Assembly: GCA_964610055.1 (NCBI GenBank)
Contig: CAZSUC010000002.1
Coordinates: 82,283-146,282, forward strand
Reading direction: 5' to 3'
Length of the DNA: 64,000 nt
Source: an uncultured Candidatus Saccharibacteria bacterium
GTDB taxonomy: Bacteria > Patescibacteriota > Andersenbacteria > UBA10190
Within the stretch, counting starts at the first letter, position 1, and the number at the start of each line of letters is the position of its first letter. The notes beneath the pieces are model-generated. The model saw only the letters and a program-made list of their open reading frames with translations, was not told the origin of the DNA and did not search any database. Position numbers and translations under genes: made by a program. This document shows positions 57,805-64,000 of this stretch, piece after piece.

Positions 57805-57888
57805 TGCCGAAGGTGGGACTTGAACCCACATGAGTGTAAACTCACACGATTTTGAGTCGTGCGCGTCTGCCAGTTCCGCCACTTCGGC
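57805..57888 (-). tRNA. tRNA-Leu(CAA)
   Basis: Reverse complement GCCGAAG...CTTCGGC-A acceptor, anticodon arm CACGA-CT-CAA-AA-TCGTG, long variable arm, T-arm GTGGG-TTCAAGT-CCCAC; CCA not encoded. Confidence 0.96.
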
Positions 57889-57988
57889 TCAATTTGACCC
57901 GTAGCATCAGGGTAAATGAAGTCTGGATTCCTGCCAAGGGTTGTAAAAATATGAAGGTTTCACGTACACTAGAACTAAATAAAGCAAT

Positions 57989-58753
57989 ATGCCTGAAGTT
58001 TTAGCAATCGTTAATCAAAAAGGGGGCGTAGGTAAAACTACGACGAGTGTTAATTTGGGCAGTTATTTAGCAGAAGCAGGTAAGCAAGTGGTGGTCATTG
58101 ATATGGATCCGCAAGGAAATGCTTCTTCTAGCTTAGGGGCTAAGTTAGGCGAAAATGATCCGTCGGTGTATGAGGTGTTGATTGGCCAGAAGACGGCAGC
58201 TGATGCTATTTATGAAACTAATCAAAAAAATCTGTATATTATTCCAGCTGTGCCGGATTTAGTTGGGGCTGGGATTGAATTGATGGATCAAACTTATCGC
58301 GAATATCGTTTACGACGAGCGGTGAAAACAATTTTGCCGCATTTTGATTTTGTTTTAATTGATTGTCCTCCGAGTTTAGGATTGTTGACTGTAAACGCGT
58401 TAGCAGCGGCGCACAAAGTGTTGATTCCTGTGCAGTGTGAATATTATGCCTTAGAAGGATTGCATCAGCTGCTCAATACAATTGAAATGGTGCGACAGCA
58501 TTTAAATCCGCAAATCCAGGTGTTGGGGGCAGTATTGACAATGTATGATCGCAGAACGGCTTTTTCTCGAAAAATTGTTAAGGAAGTGCGACGAACTTTT
58601 CCAGGATATGTCTTTGATAGTGTGATTCCGCGAAATACAGAATTAGCGGAAGCGCCGGCGAGCGGCAAAACTATTTTGGAATATGCTCGGCATTCACGCG
58701 GGGCGAGAGCGTATGAATATTTATCAGAAGAAATCTTAAACTTATATCTATGA
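57989..58753 (+). CDS. parA: Chromosome partitioning ATPase ParA/Soj
   Basis: NQKGGVGKTT, DMDPQGN, DCPPSLG and PVQCEYYALEG. Confidence 0.95.
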   Translation: MPEVLAIVNQKGGVGKTTTSVNLGSYLAEAGKQVVVIDMDPQGNASSSLGAKLGENDPSVYEVLIGQKTAADAIYETNQKNLYIIPAVPDLVGAGIELMDQTYREYRLRRAVKTILPHFDFVLIDCPPSLGLLTVNALAAAHKVLIPVQCEYYALEGLHQLLNTIEMVRQHLNPQIQVLGAVLTMYDRRTAFSRKIVKEVRRTFPGYVFDSVIPRNTELAEAPASGKTILEYARHSRGARAYEYLSEEILNLYL

Positions 58754-60228
58754 CACCATTAGGAAGGGGGCTAGCGTCATTGATTCCGCGGCGGGAGCCG
58801 CAGGAGGCGGATGATATGCTGGCGCAAATTGATTCAGTGGAGGAATTTGAAGGGCAAGAGCCCAAGATTGTGACAGAGCTAAAAGAAAGAGAGGCAGCGC
58901 GAACAGAAGAAAAAGCAGAAGTTAATAAAGTAGAAGTTGAAGCGACCGTGCGAGCGGCGCGACCGAAGCGGTTAGATGTGGTTGAAGAAGAGGAAGCAGA
59001 TGTGATGGAAGCAGAAACAGAGAATGAGAATGAAGAGGAAGGCGACGATATTTTTGCTGAGATTGAACAGGACGAGATTGATGAAGAAGAGCAAGAAGAA
59101 CTGAAAGAAGATGATGAACTTAGTCATGTGGATGATGATGTATTGGAATTTGAAGTTATAGACGAAGAGGATGAAGACGAAGAAGAACCAGAAGAGGAAT
59201 CAAGTGAAGAAGTTGAAGAAGATGAGAGTGACGAAGAAGACGAAGATGATTCTGATTGGAATAATGATGAGAGTGAAGACGTTGAAGAAGAAAAGGAGAA
59301 TGTACGAGAAGAAATGGTGGCAGAAATGAAAGAAGGCGCGTTCACATCTGAACCAGAAGATGGAGTCAAGCATTTGTTAGGTGAGAAGGTGGAATATATT
59401 CCAGTCGGCAATATTGCTGTAAATCCTTTGCAACCTCGATATCGATTTGATGATCATGAATTAGAAGATTTGAAACGATCGATTGATCAGCACGGATTAT
59501 TGCAACCATTAGTAGTTAATGTGCGTGATGATGGGTCGTATCAATTAGTAGCAGGTGAGCGGCGGTTGCGCGCGGTTAAACAGTTGGGATGGAGAGAAGT
59601 TCCTTGTGTGATACGAAGTGATATTGCGGGTGATCGGAATCGTTTGGAATTGGCATTAATTGAAAATGTGCAGCGTTCTAATTTGAATCCGATTGAAGAG
59701 GCAATGGGATACCAGCGCTTGAATGAAGAGTATGGCATGACCCACGAAGAGATTGGAGAAAGAGTAGGACGCAGTCGAGTGGGTATAACAAATATTATTC
59801 GGGTATTGCAGTTACCGGCTGAGATTCAGCGTGGATTGATTGAGGGAAAAATTTCAATTGGGCATGCTCGGGCGATTTTAATGATTCCGGACGAGGAAAA
59901 GCAAATTAGATTTTATCATCATGTTGTTGATGAAGGATTGACTGTGCGCAAAGCGGAGAATCGGGCGCGTCGTATTCAGCGAACAATGAAATTGAATGAT
60001 CCGTTAAGGCAAAAGACTCGAGGGCGAGCGCCATTAGCGGTTAAGTATGACGGGCCGTTACAGGATAAGTTTGGTTATAACGCACGGATTAAGTTTGATA
60101 CCACGAAAAATCGTTATGAAATTGTTTTTCATGCGTTTAGTGAAAACGAAGCGGAAGACTTGATTAGTAAATTGTTATCAGGACAAGGACTGCCGGAAGA
60201 ATTAGACGAAGACGTGATTGAAGGGTAA
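58750..60228 (+). CDS. parB: ParB/Spo0J with a long acidic N-terminal linker
   Basis: LGRGLASLI peptide, NPLQPR, GLLQP, AGERRLRA, ALIENVQR and an HTH; ATGA overlap with parA. Confidence 0.93.
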   Translation: MTPLGRGLASLIPRREPQEADDMLAQIDSVEEFEGQEPKIVTELKEREAARTEEKAEVNKVEVEATVRAARPKRLDVVEEEEADVMEAETENENEEEGDDIFAEIEQDEIDEEEQEELKEDDELSHVDDDVLEFEVIDEEDEDEEEPEEESSEEVEEDESDEEDEDDSDWNNDESEDVEEEKENVREEMVAEMKEGAFTSEPEDGVKHLLGEKVEYIPVGNIAVNPLQPRYRFDDHELEDLKRSIDQHGLLQPLVVNVRDDGSYQLVAGERRLRAVKQLGWREVPCVIRSDIAGDRNRLELALIENVQRSNLNPIEEAMGYQRLNEEYGMTHEEIGERVGRSRVGITNIIRVLQLPAEIQRGLIEGKISIGHARAILMIPDEEKQIRFYHHVVDEGLTVRKAENRARRIQRTMKLNDPLRQKTRGRAPLAVKYDGPLQDKFGYNARIKFDTTKNRYEIVFHAFSENEAEDLISKLLSGQGLPEELDEDVIEG

Positions 60229-60236
60229 GTTTTGTG

Positions 60237-62447
60237 CTAATTTTCCGAGGTGGTTTTATAGCCGCATTCTTTGTTGGAGCATCTAATAGTGTTTTTGGCA
60301 CCAAGAACTAAGAGAGAGTTGCACTGTGGGCATTTGTCGCCTGTGGGTTTGCTCCAAAAAGCAGTTTTACAGTCTGGATAACGGTTACAAGCGTAGAAAG
60401 TCTTACCATGGCGGGATTTTTTCTCGATAATTTCTCCTTGGCCACAGGAGGGGCATTTAACGCCAGTACTTTTCTCGATCTTTTTGATTGTTTTGCATTC
60501 AGGGTATCCCGTACAGCCTAAGAATGGTCCGAAGCGGCCTCGTTTGAGAGCCATAGGGCGGCCGCAATTAGGGCAAGTTTCTTTGGAAGCCTCTTCCTCC
60601 ATCTTTTTTTCTTCGCCGATGGCTTCGGTATGTTTACAGGTGGGATAATTAGAGCAGGCTTTGAATTTGCCGAAGCGACCGAGTTTGATCACCATTTCGC
60701 TGCCGCAATCTGGGCAGGCTTCGCCGGTTTTTTCTTCGACTAAATCAGACTTTTTAATTTCTTTGTCTTTAGTTTGAATAGTGGCGTGAAAAGGAGTGTA
60801 AAAAGCCTTAATAACTGGTTGCCATTGTTTGTCGCCCGCAGCAATATCATCGAGAGATGTTTCCATGCTGGCGGTGAAATTAATATCGACAATATTAGGA
60901 AAATGCTCTTTGAGTAAGTTTGTGACAATGGTTCCTATTTCTGTAGGGGTAAACCGTTTATCTTCGTCTTTAGTCACATATTCGCGGCGTTGAATAGTGT
61001 CAATGGTGGGGGCATAAGTACTTGGACGACCAATACCGTGTTCTTCTAAAGCTTTGACAAGGGTGGCTTCAGAGTAGCGAGCAGGCGGTTGGGTAAAGTG
61101 TTGTTCGGGGAGAAGTTTAGATAAATCAATTTTGTCGCCGACGGTTAGTTCAGGCAAAATTGTTTCTTTAAGGTTCGCGTTAGATCCGTAAATTTTAAGG
61201 TAACCATCAAAAGCAACGGTGCTACCATTGGCGCGAAAGATATGATCAGCGGCGGTGACATCGACGCTAACTTGTTTGAGTTGTACCTCTGCCATTTGGC
61301 AGGCCAACATGCGTTGCCAGATCAGACGATAAAGTTTGTACTGACCAGGATCTAAATAATCTTTAATTTTTTCAGGAGAACGGGAAGGATCCGTGGGGCG
61401 AATAGCTTCATGAGCTTCTTGAGCGCCGCGAGATTTGGTCTTATAAAAACGCGGTTTAGGCAAGGTGTATTCAGGACCAAACTGGTATTCAATGGTGCGC
61501 GTAGCAAGAGCAACAGCTTCGGCGGCTAAATTAGTTGAGTCGGTACGCATGTAAGTGATTAATCCAGTCGGGCCTTCATCGCCAATATTGATACCCTCGT
61601 AAAGTTGTTGGGCCAACATCATAGTTTTCTTGGAAGAGAAGCCAAGAGAATTAAAGGCAGTTTGCTGTAAGGTGCTGGTAGTAAAAGGTGGAGGAGGGGT
61701 GCGTTTGCGATCTTTAGCTTCAAGATTTGTAACGGTATAAGTTGCTTTAGCGGTATCAGCGACAATTTGATCAATATCAGTTTTAGATTTTAGACTAAGT
61801 TTGGAAAGTTTTTTCCCGCGAACAGAGAAGAGCTGCGCAGTAAATTCTTCGGCATTTTTAAGAAGGTGAGCAGTAAGTGTCCAATATTCTTCAGGTTTGA
61901 AAGCATTAATTTCTTCTTCGCGTTCAACGATGAGACGAGTTGCAACAGACTGAACGCGACCGGCGGATAAACCACGTCGAACTTTGCGCCATAGTAAAGG
62001 TGATAATTCATATCCAACTAAACGATCTAGGACGCGGCGTGCTTGTTGGGCGTCAACTAGATTTTGGTCTAAGGCGCGTGGATGTTTGATAGCGTTTGTG
62101 ATGGCTGATTTAGTAATCTCGGCAAAAGTGATGCGCTGCATCTGGTCAGGTTTAGTACCGAGAATGTGTGCCAGGTGCCAAGCAATGGCTTCACCTTCGC
62201 GGTCTTCATCAGTAGCGAAGTAAATAGTATCAGCTTTAGCGGCAGCGGCTTTAAGGTCTTTAACGCGCGGGCGAGCTTTTGTGGGAATGAGATAACTAGG
62301 TTCAAAGTTATTTTCAACGTCAACGCCTAATTTACTTTTTGGTAAATCGCGGACGTGACCGTAACTGCTTTGGACTTTAAAACCTTTGCCCAAGTATTTT
62401 TGAATGGTCTTGGCTTTGGCTGGGGATTCGACGATAACAAGTTGCAT
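60237..62447 (-). CDS. topA: DNA topoisomerase I
   Basis: IVESPAKAK, ATDEDREGE, SAGRVQS, LITYMRTDS and four C-terminal Zn ribbons. Confidence 0.97.
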   Translation of the reverse strand: MQLVIVESPAKAKTIQKYLGKGFKVQSSYGHVRDLPKSKLGVDVENNFEPSYLIPTKARPRVKDLKAAAAKADTIYFATDEDREGEAIAWHLAHILGTKPDQMQRITFAEITKSAITNAIKHPRALDQNLVDAQQARRVLDRLVGYELSPLLWRKVRRGLSAGRVQSVATRLIVEREEEINAFKPEEYWTLTAHLLKNAEEFTAQLFSVRGKKLSKLSLKSKTDIDQIVADTAKATYTVTNLEAKDRKRTPPPPFTTSTLQQTAFNSLGFSSKKTMMLAQQLYEGINIGDEGPTGLITYMRTDSTNLAAEAVALATRTIEYQFGPEYTLPKPRFYKTKSRGAQEAHEAIRPTDPSRSPEKIKDYLDPGQYKLYRLIWQRMLACQMAEVQLKQVSVDVTAADHIFRANGSTVAFDGYLKIYGSNANLKETILPELTVGDKIDLSKLLPEQHFTQPPARYSEATLVKALEEHGIGRPSTYAPTIDTIQRREYVTKDEDKRFTPTEIGTIVTNLLKEHFPNIVDINFTASMETSLDDIAAGDKQWQPVIKAFYTPFHATIQTKDKEIKKSDLVEEKTGEACPDCGSEMVIKLGRFGKFKACSNYPTCKHTEAIGEEKKMEEEASKETCPNCGRPMALKRGRFGPFLGCTGYPECKTIKKIEKSTGVKCPSCGQGEIIEKKSRHGKTFYACNRYPDCKTAFWSKPTGDKCPQCNSLLVLGAKNTIRCSNKECGYKTTSEN

Positions 62448-62481
62448 ATGTTTTGGAGTAAAACGTTATTTAAAGATTGAG

Positions 62482-63354
62482 TCAAGTGTGGACATATTTG
62501 AGGTTGCCGAGATGACGAACGAGTTCGAGTAATTCTAACTCGATTAAGGCAGCAGATAAGTCGGCAGCGGATAGATTTGTGGCTTGAATAATATCATCAA
62601 TGTGTTGAGGTTCGGCGGTAAGAGCCGCCATGATTTTTGTTTGAACAGGAGAAAGATCGGTGACTGGTAGTGGCGCGGTTTCGTCTTGTTCAAGATGAAA
62701 AAGTTCGTAAATATCAGCCGGTTCAATGATAGGGTAGGCGCCGTCATGTAAAAGATGGTTAGGACCGTAGCTAAGAGGATCGGTGATGGGGCCGGGAATA
62801 ATAGCAACATCACGACCTTGTTCTAAGGCGAGGCGGGCAGTGATTAAAGAGCCGGATTTAGCGGCGGCTTGGACAACTAGAGTAACAGGACAGAGTCCGG
62901 AGATGATCCGATTGCGTTCCGGAAAAAAGTGAGGACGAGCAATAGTACCTGGAGAATGTTCGGTGATAAGGAGGCCGTGATTACCAAGGATTTCCTGGGC
63001 AAGCTTGAGGTGATTACGAGGATAGATAGACGCGTCATCAATACCGGAACCTAAAACAGCAATAGTAGGTTGACCGGCGGCGAGGCTAAAGCGATGAGCT
63101 AAAGCATCAATTCCAAAAGCTAGACCAGAGACGGTTATAAGTCCGCGACGGATAGCGGGAGGGAGAACATGTTGTAAACTTTGTTTGCCATAAGCGTTAG
63201 CTTTGCGGCTGCCAACAACGGCCAGAAGAAACGGATGAGTGAGAAGGTCGAGATTGCCACGGCAATATAATTGAGTCGGGGGTTGGGGAATGTGACGTAG
63301 TAAAGAAGGAAAGCCGGGGTTATCGGCGGAAAGGATGTGGATGTCGGAATCCAT
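62482..63354 (-). CDS. dprA: DNA-processing protein DprA
   Basis: AVVGSR, VSGLAFGID, FPERNRIISGL and SGSLITA; C-terminal wHTH; upstream of topA. Confidence 0.95.
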   Translation of the reverse strand: MDSDIHILSADNPGFPSLLRHIPQPPTQLYCRGNLDLLTHPFLLAVVGSRKANAYGKQSLQHVLPPAIRRGLITVSGLAFGIDALAHRFSLAAGQPTIAVLGSGIDDASIYPRNHLKLAQEILGNHGLLITEHSPGTIARPHFFPERNRIISGLCPVTLVVQAAAKSGSLITARLALEQGRDVAIIPGPITDPLSYGPNHLLHDGAYPIIEPADIYELFHLEQDETAPLPVTDLSPVQTKIMAALTAEPQHIDDIIQATNLSAADLSAALIELELLELVRHLGNLKYVHT

Positions 63355-63370
63355 GTGGTTAATTGAACCA

Positions 63371-64000
63371 CTATTTTAAACAATCAACCAGCCGGTTAAT
63401 TAAGTTAGGGGTAATTTGGTCTACTCCTAAAGAGAGGGTTTGATTAGAGGCCTGCCAATTACCGAGAGAGCCAATTGTTTGTAAGAGTGCGACGGGATTT
63501 TTTACGGTTAGAATAAGTCGATAATATGGATCTTCATCCGAAGGAGTAATTTCTTGATACGTGAGGCGAGTAATGCCGTGAGTGACAGCGTGGTGCTGCA
63601 ATGTAAGGATTAAAATAAGCTGAATGGTTTCAGGCGGAAGGGGGCCGTATTTTTGAATAAGTTGATTAGTTTCTTGATTTAAGGAAGCGAGATCGCGGGC
63701 ACGAGCTAAACGTTGATAAGTATGAACTCGCAGAGTTGAGTCGGCAATGTAATGTTCAGGAATAGCGGTACTAAAAGGAACACTGATTTCAATATCGCGT
63801 CGAGAAGGTCCGGTGATTTGGTGGTGAACAAAATCTTGAACTAAATCAAGGTAGAACTGAATGCCGACAGCGTTAACACTGCCGGATTGCTCGGCGCCAA
63901 GTAAATTGCCAGCACCGCGGATTTCAAGGTCGCGTTGAGCTAACGACCAGCCTGAGCCAAGACGCGAGGCTTCTGTTAAAGCAGTGAGACGTTGGCGTTG
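63371..64000 (-). CDS. mfd: Transcription-repair coupling factor, C-terminal part (5' end beyond window)
   Basis: Translation from 64000 reads QRQRLTALTEASRLGSGWSLAQRDLEIRGAGNLLGAEQSG (TRG motif), in frame with the stop at 63371. Confidence 0.9.
   Translation of the reverse strand, partial: QRQRLTALTEASRLGSGWSLAQRDLEIRGAGNLLGAEQSGSVNAVGIQFYLDLVQDFVHHQITGPSRRDIEISVPFSTAIPEHYIADSTLRVHTYQRLARARDLASLNQETNQLIQKYGPLPPETIQLILILTLQHHAVTHGITRLTYQEITPSDEDPYYRLILTVKNPVALLQTIGSLGNWQASNQTLSLGVDQITPNLINRLVDCLK

Noticed and set aside
57956-57971. parS-like GGTTTCACGTACACTA upstream of parA
   Set aside because: Only 11/16 match to TGTTTCACGTGAAACA and not palindromic; the right half is better read as a -10 box (TACACT). 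At most a half-site.
740-62813. Many antisense or alternate-frame ORFs in the track (for example 740-1216, 19794-20423, 46704-47105, 48549-49034, 59124-59411)
   Set aside because: They overlap well-supported genes, have no recognisable motifs and mirror the codon bias or low complexity of the real gene.
1-64000. CRISPR array, IS element, intein or self-splicing intron
   Set aside because: No regularly spaced repeats and no transposase ORF; usual intein/intron hosts (NrdJ, TopA, tRNA) are uninterrupted and of normal length.
1-64000. Alternative genetic code (UGA=Gly, code 25)
   Set aside because: Conserved genes are full length under code 11, and TGA is used as a true stop (for example 3232-3234, 17281-17283 and the ATGA overlaps).

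Overview
Gene-dense chromosomal segment read with the standard code 11. The + strand is G-rich almost throughout and carries most genes, so it is probably the leading strand. Gene content fits a Patescibacteria (CPR) genome (inference): class II RNR, a type IV pilus locus with no secretin in the window, homodimeric GlyRS, type-2 IleRS, RibL-like cytidylyltransferase, PrsW, large surface proteins and little biosynthetic metabolism. In order the window holds: nrdJ (5'-truncated), pepA, znuCB, a ~15 kb type IV pilus locus (pilB, pilC, minor pilins, an embedded protein O-mannosyltransferase and two tandem divergent pilMNO(P) sets), uxs, infC-rpmI-rplT, smpB and tmRNA, a small accessory islet, SulP with a carbonic-anhydrase-like gene, argS, ileS, recO, tgt, glyQS, tatD, rarA, leuS, an FG-GAP adhesin-like protein, ugd, tRNA-Leu(CAA), parAB, topA, dprA and the 3' part of mfd. 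The most interesting signals are: (1) about 18 core genes have a -10 box 6-9 nt before the start codon, suggesting leaderless mRNAs; (2) orphan accessory genes instead have a boxA-like GTTCTTT(G/A)ACAA leader motif, usually an SD, and their own terminators; (3) the duplicated pilus alignment complex with an in-operon PMT and a Cys/His module inserted in a pilin; (4) a 25-codon tmRNA tag; (5) Tgt and ROK enzymes lacking their zinc-binding cysteines; (6) a ParB with a ~200-aa acidic linker. I saw no CRISPR array, integrase or transposase. All family calls come from motif recognition by eye, not database searches.
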